From contig DAIDJL010000004.1 of NCBI GenBank assembly GCA_027450205.1, forward strand, positions 139,932 to 203,931: a DNA stretch of 64,000 nucleotides. The letters are read 5' to 3'. The stretch comes from Candidatus Parcubacteria bacterium. Its GTDB lineage: Bacteria; Patescibacteriota; Minisyncoccia; UBA6257; 2-01-FULL-56-20. Position 1 is the stretch's first letter, and the number at the start of each line of letters is the position of its first letter. Shown here in pieces: positions 1-9,857 of this stretch. The position numbers and the translations under genes were made by a program. The notes beneath the pieces are model-generated. The model did no database searches, had not been told where the DNA came from, and was given only the letters and a program-made list of their open reading frames with translations.

Positions 1-288
1 GCTGAAGAACTCGGCTTTATCGGCGCCGGCGCGCTCGTTGCGCTTTTTGCGATCGTCACGTTCCGCATGTTCTGGCTGGCGAAACGCGCCGGCGACCGGT
101 TCGGCCAGCTCATATTGATCGGCTTCGGCACGGTCATCGCCCTGCAGGCATTCGTCAATATGGCGTCCATCTCCGGCGTCATTCCGCTCACCGGCGTGCC
201 GTTGCCATTCGTAAGCTATGGCGGTACCGCGCTTGCGGTCTTCATCACGATGGGCGGCATATCGCTGAACGTCACAAGGTATAATTAA
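1..288 (+). CDS. ftsW: Cell-division/peptidoglycan polymerase FtsW/RodA (SEDS family), C-terminal fragment; gene runs off the window start
   Basis: The frame is open from nt 1. The C-terminal motif ...PLTGVPLPFVSYGGTALAV... is typical of SEDS proteins. The position immediately upstream of murG fits the usual ftsW-murG order. Confidence 0.7.
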   Translation, partial: AEELGFIGAGALVALFAIVTFRMFWLAKRAGDRFGQLILIGFGTVIALQAFVNMASISGVIPLTGVPLPFVSYGGTALAVFITMGGISLNVTRYN

Positions 289-312
289 CGGAACGGCAAT
301 CATTAAAAGATC

Positions 313-1443
313 ATGGAAAAATTTCGCGTGGTGTTCACGGGCGGGGGGAGCGGGGGACATATCTATCCGATCATTGCAGTGGTGGAGGCGCTGCAAAAAC
401 GGCTGACCGCGCTCAATGCGCCAGCGGAGTTTTTATATCTCGGCCCGAAGGATGAGTATAGTGCGCTCCTTGCCGGGCACGGCATTGCCGTCCATCCGAT
501 CGCTGCGGGAAAGCTGCGCCGCTACATGTCCGTGCAAAATTTTCTGGACGCGCCAAAATTTTTGATCGGATTCATCCAGGCGCTGTGGAAGCTATTTTTC
601 ATTATGCCGGACGTTGTTTTTTCCAAAGGCGGCACCGGGGCCCTGCCCGTCGTTGTTGCCGCGTGGTTCTATCGCATCCCTGTTGCCATCCATGATTCCG
701 ACGCTCAGCCCGGGCTCACCAATGTCACTTCCGGCCGCTTTGCCACGCGCGTGTTTCTGAGCTTCGCCCGCGCCGCCGCGTTCTTCCGTGCCGATAAAGC
801 GGCGGTCGTGGGGTCGCCTCTCCGGGCGGAACTGCTTGGTGAGCGCGTTTCACGCGAGGCAGCAAAAGAGATCATGGGATTTGATAAGACCCAGCCGCTC
901 GTACTGATCCTCGGGGGTTCGCAGGGTGCGATGCGTATCAATGAATTCGTGCTTGCGAACATTCAGCAATTTATCGGCCTTGCGTCGGTTCTGCACCAGA
1001 CGGGTGCCGGCAACTTTGCGGAAGTGGAAAGGTTGGCCAAGGTGGCGCTTGCGGATGCGCCGGTATCATTCCGTTATGTGCCGGTGCCGTATTTAAAAGA
1101 CACCGACATGCTGACCGCGCTCTGTGCCGCGGACATTGTCGTGGCACGCTCCGGCAGTTCGGTGTGCGAGTTCGCATCGTTCGGCCTTCCCGCGATCCTT
1201 ATCCCGCTTACCGAATCCGCCAATGACCATCAGCGTGTGGATGCCTACGAGTTCGCCAGCGCCGGCGCGGCGGTCGTCATTGAAGAGGCGAATCTTTTGC
1301 CCGGCATCTTCTTCACCCAGCTCAAAACCATTCTGACCGACAATGACCTGCGCGCCAAGATGAGCGCCGCCTCGCTCGCGTTCTTTATCCCCGGCGCTGC
1401 GGAAAAGATCGCGGAGGGGCTGATGATGATAAGCTCGAAGTAG
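313..1443 (+). CDS. murG: UDP-GlcNAc:undecaprenyl-PP-MurNAc-pentapeptide GlcNAc transferase
   Basis: N-terminal GGGSGGHIYP glycosyltransferase-28 motif; length 376 aa; sits between ftsW and murC. Confidence 0.9.
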   Translation: MEKFRVVFTGGGSGGHIYPIIAVVEALQKRLTALNAPAEFLYLGPKDEYSALLAGHGIAVHPIAAGKLRRYMSVQNFLDAPKFLIGFIQALWKLFFIMPDVVFSKGGTGALPVVVAAWFYRIPVAIHDSDAQPGLTNVTSGRFATRVFLSFARAAAFFRADKAAVVGSPLRAELLGERVSREAAKEIMGFDKTQPLVLILGGSQGAMRINEFVLANIQQFIGLASVLHQTGAGNFAEVERLAKVALADAPVSFRYVPVPYLKDTDMLTALCAADIVVARSGSSVCEFASFGLPAILIPLTESANDHQRVDAYEFASAGAAVVIEEANLLPGIFFTQLKTILTDNDLRAKMSAASLAFFIPGAAEKIAEGLMMISSK

Positions 1444-1489
1444 GGAGTCCCTAGCCCATTCCTCATTTTCGTGCTAAAATAGGGGAGTT

Positions 1490-2986
1490 ATGGAAGCTGC
1501 CGCGCCGAAAATTGCAGGAAAATCGATTCGGGTGCGCTTTGCGCCGAGTCCGACGGGACCGATCCACGTCGGCAGCGTCCGCACGGCGCTTTTCAGCTGG
1601 CTGTTCGCGCGCAAGTATGGCGGTACGTTCGTGCTGCGTATCGAGGACACCGACAAAGTACGCTCTGAAAAACGCTACGACGACGAACTGCTCCAGGGGC
1701 TTTCCTGGCTTGGGTTGGATTGGGATGAAGGTCCGGAACCGATCGGCGCGGGCGGCCAGTTGCCGCTCGGCGGCGAGCGCGGTGAGTTCGGCCCGTACCG
1801 CCAAAGCGAGCGCACGGAGATCTATAAAAAATATTTACGGCAGCTGCTTGAGAGCGGCGACGCGTATTATTGCTACTGCAGCAAGGAAGATATCGAAGCG
1901 CAGCGCCAGATGATGCTTGCGCAGGGGCTCCCGCCGAAGTACGGCGGCCATTGCCGCAATCTTGCAGCGCCGCCGGAGGGTAAGAAGCCGGAGGTCATCC
2001 GTTTCAAGATTCCGGAAATAAAAATTGAGTTCAAGGATCTGGTGCGCGGAAAGGTCATGTTCGACGCCGCGCTTTTCGGGGACATCATCATCGCGAAGGA
2101 TCTCGATAGTCCGCTCTATAACTTTGCGGTCGTGGTGGATGACGCGCTCATGCAGATCTCGCACGTGATCCGTGCGGAGGATCATCTCTCCAACACGCCG
2201 AAGCAGATCCTGATGCAGCGTGCGCTCGGGTTCGCGGAACCGGTCTATGCGCACATTCCGCTCATCCTCAACGCCGACCGGAGCAAGATGTCCAAGCGGT
2301 TTGCCGACCTGGCATTGCTCAATTACCGCGAGCGGGGATACGTGCCGGATGCGATGGTCAATTTTTTGGCGTTGCTCGGCTGGCATCCGAAGGGCGACAA
2401 AGAAGTGCTCTCGCGCGAGGAGCTGATCGCGGAGTTCGATATTGATCGCGTTCAGCAGTCAGGCGCGGTATTCAATGAGGAAAAATTGGATTGGCTGAAC
2501 CGCGAGCATATCAAAGCGATGCCGGTGGCGGAAGTGGCGAAGCTCGCCGCACCGTTCTTTGCAAAGCACGGCATCACGGTGCTCGATGAAGTAATGCTCA
2601 AGCGCGTCATCGCCGTGCAGATCGCGCGCGCAAAGACGCTTGACGATCTTGCGGCTGCGAGTGCGTTCTTCTTCGCCGTGCCGGAATATGAGCCGAAGCT
2701 TTTGATCTGGAAGGATTCATCCACGCTCAGGGAAGTTGCCGAAGTGCTTGCGCATGTGCGCGGCGTGCTGGAAAAAATGTCGGCGGATGATTTCGACCAT
2801 GAGACCCTGGCCGGTTCGCTGCCGGTGATCGTCGGCGAGCGCGCAAGGGGAGTGGTACTGTGGCCGTTGCGTGTCTCGTTGTCCGGCCAGGCGAATTCGC
2901 CCGACCCGATCGAGATCATGGCAGTGCTTGGCCGCAATGAATCGCTTAAGCGCATTGATGCTGCCATCAAGAAGGCCGAGGCGTAG
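1490..2986 (+). CDS. gltX: Glutamyl-tRNA synthetase
   Basis: Class I HIGH-type motif (PSPTGPIHVG) and KMSKS (KMSKR); 498 aa; GGGGAG RBS upstream. Confidence 0.9.
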   Translation: MEAAAPKIAGKSIRVRFAPSPTGPIHVGSVRTALFSWLFARKYGGTFVLRIEDTDKVRSEKRYDDELLQGLSWLGLDWDEGPEPIGAGGQLPLGGERGEFGPYRQSERTEIYKKYLRQLLESGDAYYCYCSKEDIEAQRQMMLAQGLPPKYGGHCRNLAAPPEGKKPEVIRFKIPEIKIEFKDLVRGKVMFDAALFGDIIIAKDLDSPLYNFAVVVDDALMQISHVIRAEDHLSNTPKQILMQRALGFAEPVYAHIPLILNADRSKMSKRFADLALLNYRERGYVPDAMVNFLALLGWHPKGDKEVLSREELIAEFDIDRVQQSGAVFNEEKLDWLNREHIKAMPVAEVAKLAAPFFAKHGITVLDEVMLKRVIAVQIARAKTLDDLAAASAFFFAVPEYEPKLLIWKDSSTLREVAEVLAHVRGVLEKMSADDFDHETLAGSLPVIVGERARGVVLWPLRVSLSGQANSPDPIEIMAVLGRNESLKRIDAAIKKAEA

Positions 2987-3026
2987 ACCGGCACGTGTGG
3001 CGCTGTAAAATGTTATAATAAAAAAT

Positions 3027-3494
3027 ATGAAGAAGAACGTTTCGATGTTCTTTGCGCCGGCGGCTCCGGGCGTGGTTGCCGTCTTTATTTTGTCTTTATT
3101 TTTTACCGGCGCGCCGCAGGCACGCGCGTACGCGGTCGGTTCGACCGGGACCGCTCCTACGAACGGTTCCGGCGGTTATGATGTCGCCGGTTCGCTGCAG
3201 AATATCATTTCGCCGTTCACAAACTTCATAAATGAGCTCAAATTCAATAATAATACGACCATCAACACCAATGGCCAGGGGGTGCCGCTGCCACAGCCGA
3301 TCAATATGGGACCCGTCCTGCAGGACGGCGTGCAAAACATTTTGACCCAATGGTTCGGCCAATTTGATAACTGGTTTTACGGGATCTCGGGCGTACACTT
3401 GTCGGGGATATTTTATGCGATACTCAGTGTTTTTTCTTGGGCGCTTGGATTGGCAAAGAGCGTGGTGGATTGGCTATTGGGATTGTTTCATTAA
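3027..3494 (+). CDS. Hypothetical secreted/membrane-anchored protein
   Basis: N-terminal signal-like hydrophobic segment, Gly/Thr-rich middle, C-terminal hydrophobic helix; no recognisable domain. Confidence 0.45.
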   Translation: MKKNVSMFFAPAAPGVVAVFILSLFFTGAPQARAYAVGSTGTAPTNGSGGYDVAGSLQNIISPFTNFINELKFNNNTTINTNGQGVPLPQPINMGPVLQDGVQNILTQWFGQFDNWFYGISGVHLSGIFYAILSVFSWALGLAKSVVDWLLGLFH

Positions 3495-3637
3495 GACAGG
3501 AATAGAAGATCATTAAAGGTGAATTAAATGGTATTTTCCTATATATCTGACACAAAAGGTATATTGGGCGACAGATAAGACAAAACAAAGGCTCTATTCC
3601 CTAACGGCGCGGATTCAGGCAGAATAACCATACGCAT

Positions 3638-4285
3638 ATGTTAAAACGTATCGGTTTTATTTTTCTTGTGATCCTGGTGATCGCCATTGGCTACGATGTG
3701 GTCGCTTCCATAGGCAATGCCATCGGCGCGGGATCGTTTTCGTCATTCCTCCCGTCAATCGCCCCCGTCACCGGTGCCGATACCGCCGTCGGCGGGCTTA
3801 GGTCGATCAACTTCAGTATTTTCGATAAGGGCGGCGACGGCTACAAGTACATCACGCAGGGCTATGGCCGCACGCCATGGTCGTACATGTATATTGGCGG
3901 CTGGCATAACGGCATTGATATTGCCGCCGACTATGGCGCGCCCATCTATTCGCCTACCGACGGCGTTGTGGTCGCGACAGGCAACCAGGATAATTATTGT
4001 CCGCGCCGCGCATTCGGGCGTTTCGTTGTCGTGGAGGATGACACGAATCACCTCGTTCTGATGTTCGCGCACCTCGCCCAAATTCCGGTGGTGCCGCTCG
4101 AACAGGTCAAAAAGGGGCAGCTCATCGGCACCGTTGGCGCGACCGGCGACGAGACCGGTACGCATCTCCATTTCTCGATTTTCCAAAGCGGGAGCTTCAG
4201 TATGGCGCCTGCGCATGGCTGTGGTCCCTATCCGCAGGGACGCGACGTGAACCCACTTGATTTTTTGGGTTCAACATATCAGTAA
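3638..4285 (+). CDS. M23 (LytM-type) metallo-endopeptidase, membrane-anchored
   Basis: N-terminal TM. HxxxD (HNGIDI) and HxH (THLHFS) zinc-binding motifs of peptidase family M23. Confidence 0.8.
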   Translation: MLKRIGFIFLVILVIAIGYDVVASIGNAIGAGSFSSFLPSIAPVTGADTAVGGLRSINFSIFDKGGDGYKYITQGYGRTPWSYMYIGGWHNGIDIAADYGAPIYSPTDGVVVATGNQDNYCPRRAFGRFVVVEDDTNHLVLMFAHLAQIPVVPLEQVKKGQLIGTVGATGDETGTHLHFSIFQSGSFSMAPAHGCGPYPQGRDVNPLDFLGSTYQ

Positions 4286-4291
4286 ATAAAA

Positions 4292-4312
4292 TGGGAGGAC
4301 TTGCGGTCCTCC
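4292..4312 (+). terminator. GC-rich hairpin just after the M23 peptidase stop; GGGAGGAC-ttgc-GGTCCTCCC with no clear U-tract
   Basis: Perfect 8-9 bp inverted repeat read from the sequence. Confidence 0.35.
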
Positions 4313-4644
4313 CGGTAAACCATATGAGCAGCGAGTTCTTCTCGCCTGATGACTGCCTTACAGCCTCTTTCTCAGTGCCTGCCTGAGTTTTTCGCTGGCC
4401 TCGAACCTCACCAATCGGCGGCTGTGCGCGAGCCGACTTTCAGCGGTTCTACGGATCGTTGTTTATGTGGACATCGCTGTCCTACAAACCGCAGCTCAGC
4501 TGATGGTACTTGATGTTGACCAGGTAAACAACCCCAGTGCATCCTTATGTCACCCTCATCCACGACTTCTGGGCCCATATGGTTTGCTATTGGCATACTA
4601 CCGCAAAGGCAATATTTTTTCAACAACTTTAAAAAGGAGTTATA

Positions 4645-6060
4645 ATGATATCCATCAGTATGAGCATTTTCCCGCCAAAAAGGCCGTCCCTTCCCCGCGT
4701 CCATTTTATTGGTATCGGCGGCATCGGCATGAGCGGTTTAGCTCGATATTTCCTTGCCCATGGATGGTCTGTTTCGGGCTCTGACGCGACAAAGGGGGCA
4801 ATGACACAAGAGCTCATAAAAGACGGCGTAAAGGTCAAAATTGGGCATAAAAAGGGCAGTATACCGGCCGGTACGCAGCTGGTTATCTATAATAGGGCAA
4901 TTCTCCCGGATAACCCTGAATTGGTGGCCGCGGAGTCCGCCGCGCGGGCTGGTAAAGAAATCGTGGTTCTCCCCTATGCCAGGGCACTGGGGCGGATCAC
5001 GGAAGATTATCAGACGATCGCAATCACCGGTTCGCATGGCAAAAGCACCACCACCGCGCTTGCCGGGCTTGCGCTCATGCGCGCAGGACTGGATCCGACC
5101 ATTTTGGTCGGTACTAAAATGGCGGATCTCGGCGGAAAAAATATCCGAATCGGGCGCGGGCCGTATCTCGTGCTGGAAGCGGACGATTTTCACGCCGCGT
5201 TCCTGGACTACTCCCCTGCCATCGCGATCGTCACAAACATTGATCGCGAGCATATGGATTTTTATAAGACGTTTGCGAACGCCAAGCGCGCGTTTTTAAA
5301 ATTTTTGGCACGGACACGGCGCGGCGGCATATTGATTTTGAATCGTGACGACGCGCCGCTTTATTCGTTGCGCGCGGCAATATCGCGGCTGGCAAAAAAG
5401 CGCGAACTAAAGGTGGTCTGGTTCTCGCTGCGTGGTGATGCTACGGAAGCGCGGCGCATAAAAAAGGTCATTCCGATCTCCGGCGCGCACAATATTTCGA
5501 ACGCGCTTGCGGTGGCCAAGCTCGGCGCGATATTAAAAATTCCTGAAAAGAAAACTTTGGCGGCGATCGGTTCGTATCGCGGCGCGTGGCGGCGAATGGA
5601 GCTCAAGGGAACGTTAAAAAACACTAAAATCCCCGTCTACGACGATTATGCGCACCATCCGACGGAGATCCGCGCGACACTCGCCGCATTCAGGGAAAAA
5701 TTTCCGCGGTCGCCGCTGGTCTGTGTTTTTCAGCCGCATCAGGCAAAACGGTTGGAGCTGCTATTTAAAGATTTTGCGTCGGCGTTCGATGCGGCTGATA
5801 TCGTTTTCATCATGCCGCTCTATAAAGTGCTCGGGCGCGATGAAAAATATCCGCACGATTCCGAGGCCTTGGTAAAAGCGCTTATCGGGCGTACGCCAGA
5901 AAAGCCGGTATTCTACCTTCATCAGCCGGCAAGGGTGCGTGAGGCGGTCATGAAAGCGCTTCGCGACGTGCCCCTCGTAAAAAAATTCGCCCACTCCTCC
6001 GTTGTCGTAATGATGGGCGCCGGAGATATTTCCGATCTTACCGGCAGATTGTTAAAGTAA
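4645..6060 (+). CDS. murC: UDP-N-acetylmuramate--L-alanine ligase
   Basis: N-terminal HFIGIGGIGMSGLA Rossmann motif; ITGSHGKSTTTAL P-loop; Mur ligase length; GGAG RBS 6 nt upstream. Confidence 0.9.
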   Translation: MISISMSIFPPKRPSLPRVHFIGIGGIGMSGLARYFLAHGWSVSGSDATKGAMTQELIKDGVKVKIGHKKGSIPAGTQLVIYNRAILPDNPELVAAESAARAGKEIVVLPYARALGRITEDYQTIAITGSHGKSTTTALAGLALMRAGLDPTILVGTKMADLGGKNIRIGRGPYLVLEADDFHAAFLDYSPAIAIVTNIDREHMDFYKTFANAKRAFLKFLARTRRGGILILNRDDAPLYSLRAAISRLAKKRELKVVWFSLRGDATEARRIKKVIPISGAHNISNALAVAKLGAILKIPEKKTLAAIGSYRGAWRRMELKGTLKNTKIPVYDDYAHHPTEIRATLAAFREKFPRSPLVCVFQPHQAKRLELLFKDFASAFDAADIVFIMPLYKVLGRDEKYPHDSEALVKALIGRTPEKPVFYLHQPARVREAVMKALRDVPLVKKFAHSSVVVMMGAGDISDLTGRLLK

Positions 6061-6065
6061 ATAAT

Positions 6066-6833
6066 ATGTTCGACGAATTCAAGGACCTCAATGATTTTAA
6101 GGAGCAATGCGGCTATACGATCGATGGCGACTGGTATCCGCGCGTTACGAAGATCGTGACGATCAAGGCGAAGCCGGCGCTCTATTATTATTACGGCGAG
6201 GCCAAGAGCTATCGCGCGGCGAAAGAGGCCACGGAACGATCGGCCGAAGAAGGTACGATGCTGCACGAAGCGGTGGAGGCGCTTTTGCTTGGTCACGACC
6301 GCGAGATTCCCGCCGAGGTCGCGCCCGCGGTGCGGTCGTTCCGGGAATTTTTTGAGAAGAATCATATCGAGGTGACACCTGATCGTGTGGAGCGGCGCAT
6401 CGTCAATCGCGATCATCGCTATGCCGGCACGGTGGATGCGATCGCGCGTATCGGCGGCAAGCTTGGCGTTTTGGATATCAAAACGTCGCAGTCCATCTAT
6501 CGCGACTATTGCCTGCAGACATCCGCGTACATGGACGCGCTCAGGAACGAATTCGAAGATCTTTCGACGCGCTGGATCTTAAAGATCGACCAGATACAAA
6601 AGTGCGTGCGGTGCGGCGCGATCCGGCGCGTGAAGGGCGGCCGTGAAAAGATCAAAACGGATTGGCGCAACGCGGCGATGCGCGGGTGCGTGCACGAATG
6701 GGGCGAGCTCTACGGCGACATTGAACTGAAGGAGTTTCCTTACTGGCAAAACGACTTCACTGCGTTCCTGGGCGCCAAGCGGCTGTGGGAATGGGAAAAC
6801 GAGGATTGGCTTAAAAAGGCGGCATATTTATAG
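6066..6833 (+). CDS. PD-(D/E)xK nuclease with a 4-Cys cluster (Cas4/RecB-nuclease-domain-like)
   Basis: Motifs D...LDIK (D/E-x-K) and QTSAYMDAL (QxxxY). One N-terminal Cys plus C-terminal CxxC...C, as in Cas4/AddB Fe-S nucleases. Confidence 0.55.
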   Translation: MFDEFKDLNDFKEQCGYTIDGDWYPRVTKIVTIKAKPALYYYYGEAKSYRAAKEATERSAEEGTMLHEAVEALLLGHDREIPAEVAPAVRSFREFFEKNHIEVTPDRVERRIVNRDHRYAGTVDAIARIGGKLGVLDIKTSQSIYRDYCLQTSAYMDALRNEFEDLSTRWILKIDQIQKCVRCGAIRRVKGGREKIKTDWRNAAMRGCVHEWGELYGDIELKEFPYWQNDFTAFLGAKRLWEWENEDWLKKAAYL

Positions 6834-7021
6834 GGAAAATCGGCTAAAAATAGGGCTGGATGGAACATCCACAGCGGCTCTTCCGTATCATCTTGCGGTA
6901 TGGATTATAATGAATGTTCAAAGGGAGCGGCGCATTCGAAAGGTCGAATATCACAAGACGGTGTGTTTCTCCTGTTGGTGACCAGTACTAAAAAACAAAA
7001 AATTATAATCATATCTCTATC

Positions 7022-7330
7022 ATGTCAAAGACCGTAAAAATAATTTTGTGGATCGTTGTTGTCGTGATCGTGGTTGGCGGAATCTGGTGGTGGATGGCAA
7101 GCCGGAGCGGAGGTCCGGTGAGCGAGAATTATACCGCCCCAACCTCCACCGCTGCCGGCGCGGCGTCCAGTACGGCGTCCAGCACGCAGACTGCTTACCC
7201 TCAGGGCAACTCAGATCAGGCAATTAATCAGGATATGACGAGTCTCAACGCCCAAATGAACGGGTTGAGCTCGGATAACGCGAGTGTGACTCAAAGCATG
7301 AACGATCAGCCCGTGCAGCAGGTACAATAG
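7022..7330 (+). CDS. Hypothetical small membrane-anchored protein (N-terminal TM, Ser/Thr/Ala-rich tail)
   Basis: ORF with hydrophobic N-terminus; a TATAAT-like element lies upstream. Confidence 0.4.
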   Translation: MSKTVKIILWIVVVVIVVGGIWWWMASRSGGPVSENYTAPTSTAAGAASSTASSTQTAYPQGNSDQAINQDMTSLNAQMNGLSSDNASVTQSMNDQPVQQVQ

Positions 7331-7377
7331 CGCAACAAAGACCAGATACCAGATAAATGTAACTATATCAAACGATC

Positions 7378-8238
7378 ATGAATAAAAAATATCTTACCAT
7401 GGCCGCATCGATCGGAGCCGCGCTTGCGATCATTGCCGGAGCGGTATCTCCCGCCTTTGCGCTGGCAGGCGTCGGGCTTGGAGTGAGCGCGGGCGCATCC
7501 GGATCGGTGTCCGGCACCGGAGTAGGCGTCGGCGCCGCCATTAATGCCGCCCTTGCCACCCGTATTAAGAACATCACCACTCGTGCCGATGCGGAGATCA
7601 CCCGCCGTATCAATGCAATGAACGCGTTGAGTGCGCGGCTGAGCAACGTCATTCGTCTTTCAGCGACGGAGAAGAACGATCTCTCCGCTACGATACAGGC
7701 GCAGATCGCTGCGATGAATTCCCTGCAGGCGCAGATCGCTGCCGATGCCCAGGCGAACAATACAAGCAGCCTTAAGGCTGACGTGCAGTCCATCATCGCT
7801 TCATATCGCATTTTTGCGCTGATCCTTCCGCAGGCGACGATCGAAGCCGCAGGTGGCCGAGCTCTTACGATCGCGGGCATATTGACCAATCTTAGCGCCA
7901 AGCTTTCGGCGCGCATCTCGGAGGCGCAGACGGCCGGCAATAATACGACCGCCGCCGCTTCGGCCCTCGCCGACATGAACGCCAAGATCGCTGACGGTAA
8001 CACGCAGGCAAATGCGGCGATCGCGGGAGTTGTTTCGCTCAAGCCGGATAACGGCAATAAGACCGTCATGGCGTCAAATGAGGCGGCTTTGAAGGCTGCC
8101 CGCTCAAAGATCCAGGCGGCCCAACAGGATTTTGTTGCCGCGCGCACCGATGCGCTTGCGATCATCAAAGCTCTCAGGACCTTCAAGGTTTCCGCGGGCG
8201 CGAATGCTACCGCGACCGCTTCTACAAGCGTGCAATAA
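7378..8238 (+). CDS. Hypothetical secreted Ala-rich coiled-coil protein
   Basis: Signal peptide; low-complexity Ala/Gln/Asn heptad-like repeats. The overlapping antisense ORF 7368..8186 is judged spurious. Confidence 0.5.
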   Translation: MNKKYLTMAASIGAALAIIAGAVSPAFALAGVGLGVSAGASGSVSGTGVGVGAAINAALATRIKNITTRADAEITRRINAMNALSARLSNVIRLSATEKNDLSATIQAQIAAMNSLQAQIAADAQANNTSSLKADVQSIIASYRIFALILPQATIEAAGGRALTIAGILTNLSAKLSARISEAQTAGNNTTAAASALADMNAKIADGNTQANAAIAGVVSLKPDNGNKTVMASNEAALKAARSKIQAAQQDFVAARTDALAIIKALRTFKVSAGANATATASTSVQ

Positions 8239-8251
8239 CGATCGATATATT

Positions 8252-8310
8252 AAAAAACTGCGGGTTTGCCTCTTGGGCATGATAGTCCGGCAAACCCGCA
8301 GTTTTTTATT
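8252..8310. terminator. Bidirectional rho-independent terminator between convergent genes
   Basis: About 15-bp stem (AACTGCGGGTTTGCC / GGCAAACCCGCAGTT) flanked by an A-run and a T-run. Confidence 0.8.
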
Positions 8311-8319
8311 TTTTGATCT

Positions 8320-9015
8320 TTATTGCCAGACAGTACTGACTGGGACGGTAGAAGAACTGCCGATGGTCGGCATGCTTGATGTTGATTCTACGATGGTGCC
8401 CACTTCTGCGGTCCAGGCGCTCGTGGAAGCATTGAGTCCGCCAAAGATCAGAACATCCTTGCCGAGCGGGCCGGGTGCACAGCCGTAATTGGCCGCATCG
8501 CCGGTAGCGGTAATGGGAAGGGTTCCGGTGAATGGCGTGCAGAGCGTGCCATCGCCAAGCTGCACGAGCCATGCCCAGTTATTGGGCGGAAGGCCGGGTG
8601 GGACCTGCGACGCCGGAAGCGCTTTGGTAAGTTTGAGTACGAATGTGGAAGTGGAGGCCGGCACGGTCGGGTTGATATCGCAGAGCAAGGTGCTTGTACT
8701 GCCCGGGATCTCAAAGCACGGGTCGCTGATGCTGTTTCCTACCGTACAGCGCCAGGCATCGGCTCGGAATGGGGCGGCGATGGAATTCGTCCAGCAGGAG
8801 CCGCTTTTCACCGGCGTGGAACTGGCGGGCGTCGGCGGAACATATGCGATGATCTGTGTGGCGGGCGTCGCCGGCGGGGTCTGCGAAGCGGTGGAGGTTG
8901 TTTGATTTACTATCGAAGGATTGATCGGTGCGAGGCCGGCAAAAAATTGTCCTACGCCAAAGAGCACAACGAGCGCGAGCACCACCACTACGACTATTTT
9001 ATTTGTTTTATTCAT
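8320..9015 (-). CDS. Hypothetical secreted protein (N-terminal TM/signal, Thr/Pro-rich linker, Cys-containing globular C-terminus)
   Basis: ORF and composition only. Confidence 0.45.
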   Translation of the reverse strand: MNKTNKIVVVVVLALVVLFGVGQFFAGLAPINPSIVNQTTSTASQTPPATPATQIIAYVPPTPASSTPVKSGSCWTNSIAAPFRADAWRCTVGNSISDPCFEIPGSTSTLLCDINPTVPASTSTFVLKLTKALPASQVPPGLPPNNWAWLVQLGDGTLCTPFTGTLPITATGDAANYGCAPGPLGKDVLIFGGLNASTSAWTAEVGTIVESTSSMPTIGSSSTVPVSTVWQ

Positions 9016-9029
9016 TGTTGATTGATGAG

Positions 9030-9749
9030 TTATTGAAATTTGAACGTGCCGATGATGGTTTGCATGAGCGAATTTATTTTTTGTTCATCGAATGGTTTCA
9101 GATTGTATGATGACGGATAATTTGCGATCTGGGCAGAATGGACCGTGTATTCGACCGCGTAGCATTTTCCTGCATGGAGCGTGCGATAGCTTGTGGTTTG
9201 ATAGTAGTTCCCCGCGCCGGCCCCCGCAGAGTTGAAAACGGTAAAAGAGGTGCCATTGACCATTGCGGTCGAGGTGGCTGTCGCCGGTCCCCCGCTCTGA
9301 TCCGCGGCCATGCAATCAGCGATGGCGGCACTATTGGCGCTTGCGCCGATAGTGAGCTTCGCGTCAACAAAGTTCGTTTGCGGTTCGAACGCGCGCGGCA
9401 CGGTCAATATGAAATATTTTACTCCTGGCGCACCATTGGCACCCAGGCGCCAGTCCACGGACGGCGTGGCTGAATAATTATCCTGCGTATCGAAATCAAT
9501 CGGGTATGCGATGCTGAATCCCCCATTCATGTTGTTGGCGTCGGTCTGCCATTCGGCGGGATTGTTGTAGTATGCCGCGCTTGTGTTGGTGCCAGTACCG
9601 CCGATGCCCATTGTCTGCACTTTGCCGATCTCCGTGATCGTCTTTCCGTATTGCGTTCCATAATAAAATCCGATGAATGGCAACGCCACGAAAAGCGCCA
9701 GCGCAAGCAGCTTTGAATACCACGTTACTTTATTCCATTCTATTTTCAT
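9030..9749 (-). CDS. Hypothetical secreted protein; start placed at MKIEW... (AAGGAG RBS) rather than the listed 9878
   Basis: Signal/TM after MKIEWNKV; the internal ATG is preceded by aaggag. Confidence 0.45.
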   Translation of the reverse strand: MKIEWNKVTWYSKLLALALFVALPFIGFYYGTQYGKTITEIGKVQTMGIGGTGTNTSAAYYNNPAEWQTDANNMNGGFSIAYPIDFDTQDNYSATPSVDWRLGANGAPGVKYFILTVPRAFEPQTNFVDAKLTIGASANSAAIADCMAADQSGGPATATSTAMVNGTSFTVFNSAGAGAGNYYQTTSYRTLHAGKCYAVEYTVHSAQIANYPSSYNLKPFDEQKINSLMQTIIGTFKFQ

Positions 9750-9857
9750 ATGAATAGTATACTCCTTTCGTTTGAAATGGCGTAGAAGGTGGGGTATGCT
9801 ATGCAAAGGCATTACGGTTTTACAAGCATAAAAACGCACCACTTTAGGGAGGTTGTT

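Noticed and set aside
4408-4784. Two overlapping ORFs (98 and 105 aa) in the murC upstream gap
   Set aside because: No RBS, no domain, mutually overlapping on opposite strands; the region is treated as non-coding.
7368-8186. 272-aa ORF antisense to the Ala-rich secreted protein gene
   Set aside because: It is the mirror image of a low-complexity GC-rich Ala codon run. The sense ORF has a signal peptide and an RBS-like context.
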